A DNA stretch of 64,000 nucleotides from Lama glama (lineage: Eukaryota): assembly GCA_028534125.1 (NCBI GenBank), contig CM052817.1, positions 88,538,001 through 88,602,000 of the forward strand. The letters are read 5' to 3'. Numbering within the stretch: the stretch's first letter is position 1; every line of letters begins with the position of its first letter. A program made the translations under genes and the position numbers. The notes beneath the pieces were generated by a model. The model did no database searches and had not been told where the DNA came from. It saw nothing but the letters and a program-made list of their open reading frames with translations. Of this stretch, positions 13,600 through 26,345 are shown one piece after another.

Positions 13600-14430
13600 A
13601 TTGTTTTCTTCTTTTGAAAAATTAGAGTTGTAAGAGTTTCCATTTGGAGACCCAAGAGTAGTTTATTATGACTGTAGTATATAACATGTGAATGATTAGA
13701 TTTTACAGAGGTAAACGAGATGGCCATGGAGAGAGTGAAAAATGAAGCTAAACATGTTAGCATTGGCCAGATCCTGAAGGGGCTTAATGTTATGTTAAGG
13801 ACTGTCAACTTTTTCCTAAATCTTAATGGACATAAAATCATGTAGCAGAAGAGTGACAAATTCATATTGTCATTTTAAATAAAATTATCAGGGGCAGGAT
13901 GATATAGCTCGGTGGTAGAGTGCATGTCCAGCATGCATGAGGTCCTGGATTCAATACCCAGTACCTTCATTAAATAAATAAATAAAATAAACAAACAAAC
14001 AAACAAACAAGTAAATAAATAAATAAGTAAGTAAGTAAACCTAATTACTCCTCCCCCCAAAACAAAACAAAATAAAAAAATTATAAAAAATAACATAAAA
14101 TAATCTTTGTGAAGACAGACAGGGGTGAGGGGGATTTTTTTCCCCACGCGGAAGAGCAGTTAGAAGACTATTTTGATAAACCACAAACGTTGAGTGCTGT
14201 ACTAAGACTGTTGCATTAAGTCCGAAAAGAAATGTAAAAATCAACCTGATACAGTGACTTATTAAAAATGAGTGGTGAAGGAAGGGAGGAGGCAAAGATT
14301 AATATTAGCTTTTGAACTTTCACAATTGATAGAATGGGGATGTCTTGTCTTTCTGTCTTGTTGCATGGAAACTGCCTTGGCTTCTCATTTGGGGAGCATT
14401 TAGGCATGCTCCCTAGTGTCAATGATTTAA
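13600..14430 (-). mobile_element. L2 fragment interrupted by the SINE at 13891
   Basis: ggccagatcctgaaggggcttaatg...gtagcagaagagtgaca L2 antisense motifs continue on both sides of the SINE. Confidence 0.6.
13891..14094 (+). mobile_element. Camelid tRNA-derived SINE (vic-1 type)
   Basis: tRNA-like head gatatagctcggtggtagagtgcatg...gaggtcctggattcaatacccagtacc with A and B boxes; A-rich tail; TSD ataaaat(t/a)atc at 13879-13889 and 14095-14105. Confidence 0.92.
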
Positions 14431-15179
14431 TGTAAAATCTCAAAATAAATAAAACATTAAACATAAGGCATGTAAAATCTCCATTTTCAGGTAAGAACAT
14501 TCAGGAATAAAGAAAGTAATTTCTGAGTGTTACATGGCTAATAAAGGGGTAAACTAAGAGGTGAACCAGATCCATTACTCTCTGTGGGAATTAATAACTA
14601 TTGATTGTTTGCTGTGTGAAAGATGAAAGGCATCAACAATTAAGGAGATGATTTTTGTTCATGCTGTTACAATAGGAAGCACTCGACATTAAGTATCATT
14701 TCAAAGAAAAGGAGGAAGGATTGGGGTTTACAGAGCAGATAAACAAGGGAGTCATCAGTGGGTCTTCTGGGAATAATGAGGAAAGTCTTATTTGAAGGGT
14801 GGAGGAAGTTTATTTGCAGAATGTACCTGAGCAGGATAGTCCTTTTGTTAGCTGTTTTCCAGGACACAAAAGGGTGGGGGCATTTCTTGACCATCACTAC
14901 ATTCCAGAAACACCAGGCTCAGATAAAATACAGCCCTGTCATCTGTTTTTTCAATTAAATTGATTTGTGAAAGTAAAATAGCTATGTAGCAGGAATAATT
15001 TAGCAGTTCATGCTAAATAGAGGATGACAGTATCTTTTTAGTAATCCCAGTTGTCAGAGTTACACTCTGTGATGTAGCAGCTATGTCCACCACAGATCAT
15101 TCATTCCAAAATCTCCGTCTTTTTCCTTACTTTATTTTCCCTGGGCTTCAAAGCTTGTTTCCTGTTAGGCACTCAATGT

Positions 15180-16000
15180 TTCCATACTTCCATTCTCTAG
15201 AAATTGAAGGTTCCAAATGCTCAAAATCTAACTGATTATCATCTTTTCAAAACATCTTTATATTCATTCTACAAATATCCATCCAAACATTCGTGCTAGA
15301 AACGTCAGAGTGACCTCAGACTCCCAGTCTCTCACAGAGAATCCTACAGAGAACTGATACAAAAAATTGTGGTAATTTTATTGCCTAAACTACTCTATAG
15401 TCTATTATTTTCCTTGCATTTCTACTGCAATTGCTTTAGTTTCTTATTTGAAGAGCTGCCTTGTCTTCTCACTTTTATCTCAGTCCTAGACCATCGTATC
15501 CCATCCACTCTGTTGCTAGGTAAGTCATAGTAGACAATATTCCTTGCTTGCTAATTAAAAAAAAAAAAAAAAGAAACCAAGAATACAAACTGTCTCATTT
15601 TTTATACTAGTATTGCAAGATTTTTCCAATGTACTGTTCTGTGTCTCATGTACTTTTGCATGGGTCTTAAAGACCTTCATGTCATGGCACCAAGTGGTTC
15701 TTCTAGCCTTCTCTGCTCTCAGTTCACATCGTTTTTGGCCTTTACTCTGGCATCCAACACACTCCTGCACGTGCCTTTCACGTACGTCTCCCACTGCTGG
15801 TATACAAACGCCCTTCTCACCCATGTGGGGAATGTCTATCATCCGGTAAGACCCAGATCACAGTTAATTTTCTTTCACATGCCTTTGAAGACTATTGCTT
15901 TAAACATGAATGTGTGTGCCTTTTTACTTTCAGTTGTAACTTCTCCTTTCAGCCTCCCCTTCTCTATTCTGGACTGTGAACTAGTTGAGGGCATAGAGCA
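15180..16000 (+). mobile_element. L2 fragment (degenerate)
   Basis: ccaaatgctcaaaatctaaactgatt...gctagaaacgtcagagtgacctcagactcc, ending attctggactgtgaactagttgagggca. Confidence 0.6.
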
Positions 16001-16009
16001 TAGATGAAA

Positions 16010-16240
16010 GAGGTATAAAAAAATAGTTAAAACCATAGTTTTTAGATTACAATGATTAAATCCCACTTCTGACCTCAGTATATATTATATATTGAGGGAA
16101 ATTACTTAACTTCAGATTTCAAATGCCTCATCTTAAAATAGGGAGATTAATAGTACTTACTTTATAGGCCTGTAACATTCCTTAATTTTATGCAAGTAAA
16201 TTAGTTTAGAAAAGTGCTCATTATGCAAGGTGCTTACTAT
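16010..16240 (+). mobile_element. MIR SINE
   Basis: aaatcccacttctgac...gggaaattacttaacttcagatttcaaatgcctcatcttaaaatagggaga core. Confidence 0.7.
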
Positions 16241-17489
16241 AGTAGTAGAGATATTTCATTATTTTCATTACTGTAATTATGATTTTTGAATTTCCAGTAC
16301 CAAATATAGTGCCTAGTGATAATAATACCAATCATAGGTTTACTGATCACTAATGGTGCGTCTGCTGGCATGCTTTGTAACGTTAACACAGTTCCCCACA
16401 CCAGCTGTCTGAGTTCTGGTCTATTACCATTCCCATTTCACAGGTGAGGAAAGTAAAGCACAGAGAGCAGAAGAGGATTTAAATTCAGAAAAATCTAACT
16501 TTAGAGCCCTTGTAAAGAGTCCCTATAGGTAATGCCTCAATGGGGAATAAAATGCTTGAGTATGAATGAATTGTCAAGTGAGGTTTGAATAAGTACAAAA
16601 TTTAATATATTTAAATCTATCACCTATACTGCAATTATTAAATTTTTAGTTACAATACAAAATTAAGGATATTGACTCTAATAGAGGCTACAAGTACAAT
16701 AAGTATACACTGCATAGAGTCTAATTTCTTAGATTAAGTACTTAGCTTGGATCAAACAGAAATTTAGGTTACACAAGGAAACTGATCAATTACAACCACT
16801 TAATGTGCAGTGGATCCTATGAGGCCCTTGTGATTGTAGACCTAGGGTGACTGGATACTTGGTATGCAAAGCTACCTTCTAATGAAGATACATCATCACA
16901 TTTGAGAAGTGGTGCTATTTCAGAAAATTAAATTGTATTTTTCAAAAAAAATGAATAAAAATTTTGGGGAATAGTGTTCTACCCAGTCTAAAATCGAAAA
17001 AAAATTTCACTTGGGATATAGTTTTATTCTTTCATGTCTTCATTATATTAAGGTTCATTTTAGTGTAATTCATTCAAAGTGTAATTGAAGCATAGGATTT
17101 GTAAAGGTAATTTTTCATTTTATGACTACATTTTAGATAGATTTTTAACAGTTTGATCTAAACCATATTCTTACTTTTAAATGCTATACCTGATTTCTCA
17201 TATTAGACTTTTGAAGAACTGCCTTATTTTAACACTTACAAATGTAGAAATTGGGAAGAAAAACAAAATGATCCACCTTACCCAAACATCACTATTTTAA
17301 AGGCCTTTTACCCCTAAATGAAACATGTATGGAACTGCCTATAAATTTATAATTTTTAAAAGCCAAATATTCATCAATCAACTCTATCTCAACACTGATA
17401 TCTAAAACTAGCAACAGAACAATGGTTGCATTTAAACTCCTGATTTGTATTGTATTCATTTAGTTTACCAATATTAAAACATTTGTTCC

Positions 17490-17650
17490 TCACATCAACC
17501 CTCTTAAATAGTTCATATTCGTAGTCCCATTTTAGAGATGAAGAATCTGAGGCTTAGAATGATGAATTATTACCAAAGGGCACATACGAGTTAATTGACA
17601 GAGCCAGGGTGTGAAACCAGATACCTGGACTCAAGAGCAATGAGTATTTT
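17490..17650 (-). mobile_element. MIR SINE
   Basis: cccattttagagatgaagaatctgaggcttaga...aagggcacata...gacagagccaggg. Confidence 0.75.
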
Positions 17651-19589
17651 ACCGAATCCTCTTATTCCTTAGGCCAGCCACTGCAATTCTTACTAATGAA
17701 AGTCATGTTGGTTACGTTAACTAGAATATTACAATAAATAATGTAATTTGTATGTGTGCATCTTTTCTGATGGGATGAATAGAAATGCTGGATTATGAGA
17801 TCTTACATAACAAAATAATCATTTCACAAAACATCTATAAGGGTGTCCAACTATCTAGACTGGCTGATTTGTGGCACTGGAATCTTGATAAGTGAAGATG
17901 AAGGAAAATAAGTGTCTTTCCAATATTTGTGGGATTTCACTTTCTTTCTCTAATTTATCCATTCAAGTGTTTTTTCACTTGTTCCATAAACATATTTGAA
18001 TATATATGACAGGCCAGGCACTCTGCTGGAGGCACTCAATACTGAAAAGATTAACCTGGTTTCTGCTCTCAAGGGACCTGACTCCCTAGGTGATCTTTAT
18101 TTCATATCTTCATAGAAATAAACAGGTTAAGAACGAGAGGAATGACATTTTTGAAATACTTTACCAAAGGTGGAACTGTTGCTGTGAGAAATAGTAATAT
18201 TCATCCTCTGTCCAAGTTATTTTTCTTTCATCATCTTGGCTCTTACTCTTTTTCTCCTCTCTTCTGTTGCATTTCCCCCCTAGTTTTGAGGGTGGCAGTG
18301 TTACTGAGCTATGATGCAAAACGAAAAAAATGCCACTTTCTGTCTGAAAGGCTCAAACTTTCTATTTTAAGCCCAAGGATATATTTTTAAGATGCTTACT
18401 TTCTTTTAGGCTCAATTGCAGCTTCATCTACTTCCAGGGATGGCTCTTAATCTGAGTGCTCTCTGCCCTGGATTTTGCTTATGAGGCAGTTTTAAGAACA
18501 TTCTGGTACTTCCCAAAAAAGAGGAGCTTCTAAATCAAATATTACAAGGAAGGTCCTCTCATTCTAAAGACTCTGTACAAATTCCTCTTTCTTCTCCCAC
18601 AGCAGTAGGGGTTTTTACTTTTTAACAATCTTGTTCCCACCACATCTAGGTTATAGAAGAACAGGAATTTATGAAAAGGACATACTAATAAGCATTTATA
18701 AAAGAAAATAATATCATTATTATACCACAGGGGTAAAAATTCATAATGATAATTTTAGTGCCATAGGAAAATATTCATATTTTAAATTAAATGCAAGAAG
18801 GAAAAGAAGTTAATAACCAAACATAGAAATGTATCTTTACCAACTTATAATTAAATTTTGTAAATTATCCTTGAAATTAAATGAAAAGCAAAGATAAATC
18901 AGTAGGTATATTCATACAGCAGAAAACCTAAGAAAATTTGCTCAACTTATTACTCATTGGGATTCTGTAAATAAATAAAAAAAACTGAATCAGAGACGAC
19001 AGTTTAAAAGGTAAAACCTTATAATTTGCACCAAAATGATATTTAATCAATACGTAAACCAAGTATTTAGTGTTTCTCCTACTTCTATTACATAGAATTA
19101 CGCTTTTTAGTAGTGGTTTTTTTGGCTTATGTAATCTTGTGTAAATTGACAAGGGATCAATGAATGGCCACAGATATAAAAACGCAATCTTCCAAAGATG
19201 CTTCCAAACATTTGCAACTCACTCAAAATGTTGAGTGTGCTGTGCCTCATACAGGAACTTTAGAAAGTAACTGGTTAATAAAAAAAAAAAAAATCACCAT
19301 GTAAATGTATCATTCTTACTCAGCAATTAATTACTTCCATTCCATTTAACCAAAAATAAAAAATAATTAGGCTTTGTTCAGCTGCTTGAATACTTTTCTT
19401 TAAAGTGCTTTACTTTTATATTGGTTTAAAGGTTGCCAGGAGAAGAAAAAGAAAAAAACTGTAAGACAGTTTGTTCTTGGGTTACTTAGTGAACACAGAA
19501 GATACTAACTGAAAAATGTCTGTGTTTGAGAACGGTTTTATTGTTAATTGCTTAGAATGCTTTTTACTTCTTTGGCTATGAAAGAGCTT

Positions 19590-19860
19590 TGCTATCTCCA
19601 TTTGCTCCTCCTGCTGCAGGACCTGCTCCTGCTCCTGCTCCTTGTCGGCTCCCGCTCTGCTTCCCCCAAGGGGGATGTGAAAGAGTGGAAAGCCTCCAGT
19701 CACCCCAAAGCTCCGCCCTAAACCCTGACTCTCTTCTGTGCACTGCCTGGCCGTGCCAGCCTCCTGTGGGTTCAAACGCTGGGTGACAATTGTCACCCTC
19801 ACGTATTATAGTCTTCCTCGGCTGCTAAAGAGCCCCGCTGTGGACATTCAGGTGAGGCTT
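19590..19860. promoter_or_regulatory. GC-richer promoter/enhancer-like block
   Basis: GC box ctccgccc near 19711; perfect palindrome GGGTGACAATTGTCACCC at 19781-19798; TATTATA near 19804; plus-strand donor CAG|GTGAGG at 19851/19852; locally raised CpG. Confidence 0.4.
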
Positions 19861-19894
19861 CTTCTGATGCACTGTCCTCTAGAAAACTCTCTGT

Positions 19895-20400
19895 GTTCAG
19901 GACATAAATAACATACTGAATACCTATTAAGACTGAGGCACCATTCCAGGTCACAGGGATAAAATTGTGACTATCACCCCTTTTCTCATGAAATTACTAT
20001 TGTTGGAGGAGGAAACAGAAAATATATAAATATTGAAGATCATTTCAGACAGCACAAAGCACAGTACAGGACATGAGAGGTTAGAGAGACAGGCAGGGGC
20101 TCCCTGTGAAGGTGACATAGGAGGTGAGAATGGAATGACAAGTAGAAGGAAGGAAGCACATGGAGATCCTACAGAAGAGTTTGTCAAGTTTGGCGCTTTC
20201 AAAAAGCAAACTCTGGAGGAAGCAAAAGTGAGAGAAGGCAGGCCAGTGTGGCTGAAATTAAATGAAGGAGTGGTGGGTGGTTGAACATGAATTTAGAAAA
20301 GACATGAAGACCCAACCTGTAGGCCTGAAAAAACAATGATAAGGCAACTGCAGTGTTCTAGCTGGAGTTGAGAATTACCTCTAAAAGGACCTCGATTAAG
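19895..20400 (-). mobile_element. L2 3' fragment
   Basis: aaataacatactgaatacctatta...aggcaccattccagg and ggccagtgtggctgaa L2 antisense motifs. Confidence 0.6.
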
Positions 20401-21654
20401 TTCTCAGAGAAGATCATTTTTTCTCCAGTGTATCTCAGAATGAAGGGGATGTTTCATTTTCCCAGTTACCCCTGCACACCCCCCAACCACAACTCTGCAC
20501 ACATACACCTGTGCTTGCGTACGTAGTGTTACTAGCCGTGTACACTTAATATGCTTGTTGTAAGTCCAGTCTGCATCCGAGACTACCCACAAAGGAGCTG
20601 TCCTTCTGAAAACTCTGCAGAAACAAGTTGTGGCACTGAAGGACCCATGCCACTTGTAATCACAATCATAGAGCACAAACCAAGGCTTTTCCACAAAGTT
20701 CTGCGGTAAACCGGGGTTCCAAATCAAAACAGGGCAGGAGTTGGGCCAGCGCACCACTGTTCGTGTAGCTTAACCCCAGCTCCTGAGAGTCTCTCTTCCA
20801 AAGTCTCATAGCCTGGCCCTGCTAGACTTCTGTGTGCTCCCTCCCCTAGAAAGCAACGGGCAGAGGGAGAGCTTCTCACTGAGACCATCTGTGCCTCCCG
20901 GCGTTTCTCTCCCTGACCATGGCAGTAGGCCTGGTGTGGTCCTGCCATGGTCCTTGTTTTCCCAGCAGGTGTGCATTTATGCAGTGGCTGCCAAACAGAA
21001 TCACAGGGAACTGATGGAATGATAAACTTCACAAGCTGGCCCACCTGGAGACTATCACTGATTTAGTAATAATTTTGACTATTGCAGGCTAAGTATACAC
21101 AACAGAGTAAAAAAAATCAAAGAAAAATGAAAGAAAAAAGGGAAATCTGATCAACTTCTAGAAGCCAGAAGAATTATTAGAAAGAACCCCAAATAAAGGG
21201 TGATAAAATAGGTGTTCAGGTCACAGAAGTCCTAAGTAACTTCAGGATGTTACTGAGTTTTGCGACAGCTAATGACTTAGGGAAAAAAATGTATTTTGAT
21301 CATTCAGCTTGCATGATGACGGTTGGAATTGAAGATGCTAAGTGCTTTACCAAGGTTACTAAAGGATAAAGTGAGGAAAAGGAGCCAGATCTCCTAATAC
21401 CCAGGTTCTTTTTTTCCTCCAATCTTCAGTAATCTTTTTCAGTGTTCTTTCCTGTTTTACGCCCTCACAGCAAAGTCAGAGGTGTGAAATGCTATGGCAT
21501 TTTCAGCTACATAAACACTGAATTAACTTTTTAAGCAAATGCAATGTTTACTTATAAAACTCTTTATATATTCTACAACATAGGTGACAGTCAAATAAGT
21601 TATATAGGCACAAATATTTAATTATTGATTTCATTGAAATTACAATCAATTTAC

Positions 21655-21716
21655 CTGGAAATGTGTCTATTTGGCTGGAGAACTCATGAAATTTCCATGA
21701 AAGTCTTCCTGCTGCC
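21655..21716 (-). other. Candidate 62-nt exon
   Basis: Acceptor tactttactcag (modest), donor CAG|gtaaat; single open frame AAGRLSWKFHEFSSQIDTFP. Confidence 0.25.
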
Positions 21717-22340
21717 CTGAGTAAAGTATTTTTCACCTTCCACTGTCACACACAATCTACATTGCTAATTTGTTCCCATATGATTTTCAGAAGGTAACTA
21801 TCCAAATCACTATTTTTTTCAAGTAAATTTTGTGGTCATATATACTTTTATTTTTAAAATTATATTTTAATTTTTTTTTGAAAAAAATGACATTGTTAGT
21901 AGATTAATTGGCTGTTTATTTCCATTAGCTCTCTAAATTTGTGATTTGTTTACAGCATCTCTGTATTTATTGAAAAAAATTCTTATGTATTAAGATATTC
22001 TAATTTCTCCTCTCAGTGCCATGCTCACAAAGATCTTTCCCATCTAAAGAGAACTTCATTTTGTAGACATTTTTTTCCCCCAATAATTTCTGGGAAGTTT
22101 TTTTTTTCTTGTGTTTAAAACTGTAATGGAGTGATGTGAAAAAGAGTATCTCAATGCTTCTTCCTTCAACAAATGAAATCATTAGCTAATTACTAGCTAA
22201 TGGGAGTTTTACTGTTTAAATATGCTATCCTTGCTTAATGTTTTGAAATGACATATTTATTATGTTCTGAATTCTTACATAAAATTAATTCCATTTCTTG
22301 ATTTTCTTTTCTGTTACATTTAGCTGTCTGTTTGCTCTTT

Positions 22341-22690
22341 TTTTAATTTTTTATTTTTTTAATTGAAGTATACTCAGTTACACTGTGTCAATTTCTGGTG
22401 TACAGCATAATGTTTCAGTCATACATACACATACAGATACTCATTCTCATATTTGTTTTCAATATAGGTTACTACAAGATATTGAATATAGTTCCCTGTG
22501 TTATACAAAAGACATTTGTTTTTTTTATCTATTTTTATATATAGCAGTTAATATTTGCAAATCTCAAACTCCAATTTATCCCTTCCCACCCCCTTTATCC
22601 TGCAACCATAAGCCATTCGCAGCAACATGGATGGACCTGGAGACTGTCTATTCTAAGAGAAGGAAGCCAAAAAGAGAAAGAAAAATACCA
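22341..22690 (-). mobile_element. Young 5'-inverted L1 insertion with TSDs
   Basis: Minus-oriented 3'UTR plus poly(A) at 22341-22612; plus-oriented ORF2 end (PFAATWMDLET) at 22613-22690; TSD tctgtttgc(t/a)cttt at 22327-22340 and 22691-22704. Confidence 0.9.
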
Positions 22691-22899
22691 TCTGTTTGCA
22701 CTTTACCATATTATTTTAGGTATTTACTGCCCTTATTACACTTTCTATGCTTCTCAAACTGAACCAGACCAAATTCAATCCACTTCCCGCATATTCCCAG
22801 CACCCAGCAGAACCTTTCACTCTGGTAGATGGTGGCTTCGAGCACAGATGCACAGTGTTTATGTACATCTCTCAGCTACAAAAGCAAATTCCTGCAGGC

Positions 22900-23650
22900 T
22901 CCATTCTTTCAACACACATCTGTCCTTCACATTGCCAGTTACACTAAAAGTAGCTCTAATTTGTCTCCATATCTCTTTATCTCCACTGTGAAGTCAAACG
23001 ACATCACTCACTGCTCTTATTGGGATGGCCTCCTACCTAAGTCTGTGCACCTTTCCTGGCCCCCTCCATACTAGCTGTCATCCTGTGATTTTTTCAAAAT
23101 GCAAAACCGAGCATCATTTATCCTTCTTTAAGTTCTTCATGGCTCCGAGCATAAAGGCGAAATGAATTTAAGAAGAACTGTGAGGCTGCACATGCTCTGT
23201 TTCTTGTTCACCTTGCTGCCTTATCCAGTAACTCACTTGACTCCAGCCTCCCATCAGCTCTTTGGATTTCTTTGTTTGTCCCTTGGATATATTTGCATGT
23301 TTGTTCCAGCCTCGGAGCTTATACCTGCAGTTCTTTTTTTCTGACTATAAAGAGTCTTCGTCTTTTTCTTTCAGTTACTACTTCCTTTTCAAATACACAC
23401 AAAAGCGCTTGTGAGACTCTCTCTGTATTCTAAGTCATGTGCTTTTGTTATCTGTTCTCATTTAACTAGGTACCATTCCTCTGTGGCTCTAACATCACTT
23501 TGAAAGTATGCAGGCAATTTGTCACTTACTTCATTAATGTTCTTCTCCCCAGTTAGACAATATGCTCCGTGAAATAAAATGCTTACAGCATCATCCTGAT
23601 ATAGCACAGTGCTGAACACAGTGTGACAGCTAAAAAAAACTAAATATAGA
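22900..23650 (+). mobile_element. L2 3' fragment
   Basis: ctctttatctccactg...catcactcactgctcttattgggatggcctcct, ending agcacagtgctgaacacagtg. Confidence 0.65.
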
Positions 23651-24949
23651 GTAAACACATGGGCACTTTATGGTCTTAATGTTTTATATTTCTGAATCTG
23701 TCATACATTGAGGGAGGCAAATTAAAATCTACTGACTTTTTTTACCCTTTTATTTCATTTAATTTTTCATTCATTTGAACTTTGGTACTATTTATATAAG
23801 TACTTTTTATGTAGTATATACCATATCACCAGAAACACAGTTCCATTCACAGTCTATCATTATATTTCTGTCATTATAAAGTCATCTTCTTTGTCTTGAT
23901 AGACTTTCACTTCTCTTTTAACTCAAGTATTTTGTATTTTAAAACTTGATTCCTTTCTCTTGGTTTTGTATTTCAAGGTTGAACACTGTCCACTGTTCAA
24001 CTTCAGCATTTTGAGGCACTTTGTTCTAAGCATGGCTCTCAGTTCAATTTCTGCACACGCGTGCATGTGGGTGTCTTTACAACTATGAATTTAGTTTTTC
24101 TGTTAAAAGCTAAACATGTTCAGTTGATTACACTGACTTTGAGATACATGATCTGAATTACAATATTTATTCTTTTAATAACATTCTTTTAATTTTAATA
24201 TTAATTCTTTTGATAACAGCTTTATATTTCCTTTATTAAATATATTTTTATTTTAATAGCTTTCTACATCCTATATTAGATATATGTTGCTTTTTTGTTT
24301 GTTTTACAATACTGCCTGATTTACTAAATACATTATTTGCATTAATTCTGTAAGTGCTAACATTTTTGTCATTATATAATATGCTTAAACCTATGTTTTC
24401 CAATAGACAAAGGTCAAAAATTCAATCTATCGATCCCACGTGAATAAAAAAAATGGTACACCGTCACTCTTCTTTCTTCTTTTCACAAGCCCTAATATGC
24501 TTTTTATATTTTTCTATGATTTTTACCTGAGATTGTTATTTTTAGGGTGATATTATTATATGATATATTATTTACACAGTTAACTGGTACCAACACTCAT
24601 TGTCAGTATTTTATTTCTTACCTTTGGCCTCCCATTTGTGAATTCTTTATTTTAATTCATCTTTAATTAGACAGTATGCATCTTTAAATGGATTTTTGCC
24701 AGAAAGAGTAAATCAAAGAGGTTGGAGTCTTCATGCACTTGAAAATGGGTCTTGGTTTCCAATTTAGTTTTAGTTTGTTATGCAACTCTTGTGTCACAGT
24801 CTCTTATATATGCAACTTTAAAGATGTCACTTCACTCTTTTCTGGTTTAAATTACAGCACTGAAGAAGATCAAGGCTTCCTCAGAACCACCTTCTACGTC
24901 ACTCGCTTAATCTTCCAAATTGCTTGTATTATTGTTTTAATCTTTGAAA

Positions 24950-25260
24950 TTCAGGGTGGCAAAGAAGGCTTGTACTCTACTCAAATCTGTTTTCCTGCCT
25001 TTTACTGGCCCACATCTAATGTCTTTTCCTACCCTCTGGTAGTTTGGCAGGACTGTATGACTGGGTTATGTCAAACAGAATGTAGGTACAAAAGATACAC
25101 TACACTTTCTGGCTTAGAAAGCATTTCCTGTTAGTGATTCTCTATTCTCTGTTTTCATTAGGAATAACTTTGCGGGCCATGTAATTAAAGATGAGGGCAC
25201 CAGCGATGGAAGGATCCTGGGTCCCTAAATTCCTATGTGGAAATTGCTTGGCACACATTG
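24950..25260 (+). mobile_element. MaLR LTR fragment (MLT1J-like)
   Basis: gtatgactgggtt...aacagaatgtagg and gatggaaggatcctgggtccctaaat motifs. Confidence 0.6.
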
Positions 25261-26074
25261 GGTAAAATATTTTGTAAAACTATTACCCGCAGTATTTGGA
25301 AAGGCAGACCGAATGCTAACTAACCTGGCAGTTCCAGAGAAAGTGATAAGGATTGACAGAAGGATAAGAAGGATTTATGGAATTTTGGCTGTTTAAATAC
25401 ATTGAGAGAAATTTTCCAGCCCAGCTTGAAAGTTTTGAATAAACAGGGAAAGAGCACGTTGAGAACTAAGCAACACACAAACACATCTGCCTACACACAA
25501 TCATTAACTGTAATACAAAAAGCAAAAAGATCTACAAGAAAGAAAATGCAATCTTATTTTACTATGTGTCTCAACAATAGGTAGAATTTGTACAGTCATA
25601 ATAATATAAGCAATGGATATTTATTTGAGTACACATTGAGATGTAACAATAATCACAGTATGTGTATAGGACTATGTGTGAGAGTGAAAGTGATAGAGAG
25701 GCCAACATAAATAACAACTTTTAGGAAAAAAAGAAGCACAGGATAAATATATGGCAAGCACTTTAGAAACCTGAAAGTGAATAACAGAATAAAGAGCTAA
25801 AACAATGGCTAGTAGTTGCTATCCAACAGTAGGAATGAACAGGCAAAAGGTAAAGAAGAGGGGAAATGTGCTGTTGGTAGGACTTGTTTTACCATTTTAC
25901 TTTTATACATAAATAAAATAATGTATGTGTTTTACTTTTATGCAAATAAAATTAAATAAAATAAAGTCTATATAGTCTTAAACTGGTGATGAATATACAG
26001 ACTCCCTCTTAGACATCAAGGAATTTAAACTCCTGAATTCATTGTGTATACAACACTTACTAAAAAAAATTATT

Positions 26075-26345
26075 TCTTCACAGTTTCCAAAAGTGTGCTT
26101 TATAACATCTAAGAATTTTGATGTTCATGAGAGGGGTTTCTATGTTCAAATATATTTGGGAATCTACTGTATTTTCCCTCTTGAGAGTCACAACTCACTT
26201 CAATATACTTAGACGATTTTTGAGTCCACAAGGAAAAAAGCATTTCAGTTTTGTCTGATCCATTTTTTTCAACAAACACATTTAAGCCTAGAACACTTTT
26301 TCTTTAGCTTGAAAATTATCTTGTCAAACAGTGCTTTGTGAGACA
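26075..26345. mobile_element. hAT-Charlie fragment (MER113-like)
   Basis: ttctatgttcaaatatatttgggaatctactg...ccctcttgagagtcacaa resembles MER113; a related copy in the opposite orientation lies at about 46.5-46.8 kb. Confidence 0.5.

Noticed and set aside
13891..13965. tRNA-like sequence (also at about 32010-32082)
   Set aside because: These are SINE heads with A-rich tails and TSDs, not tRNA genes
19482..19802. 106-aa ORF with an EQEQEQ tract as a standalone CDS
   Set aside because: Starts at GTG, the tract is a (GAGCAG)n repeat, and no homology is recognised; kept only as a possible first-exon region
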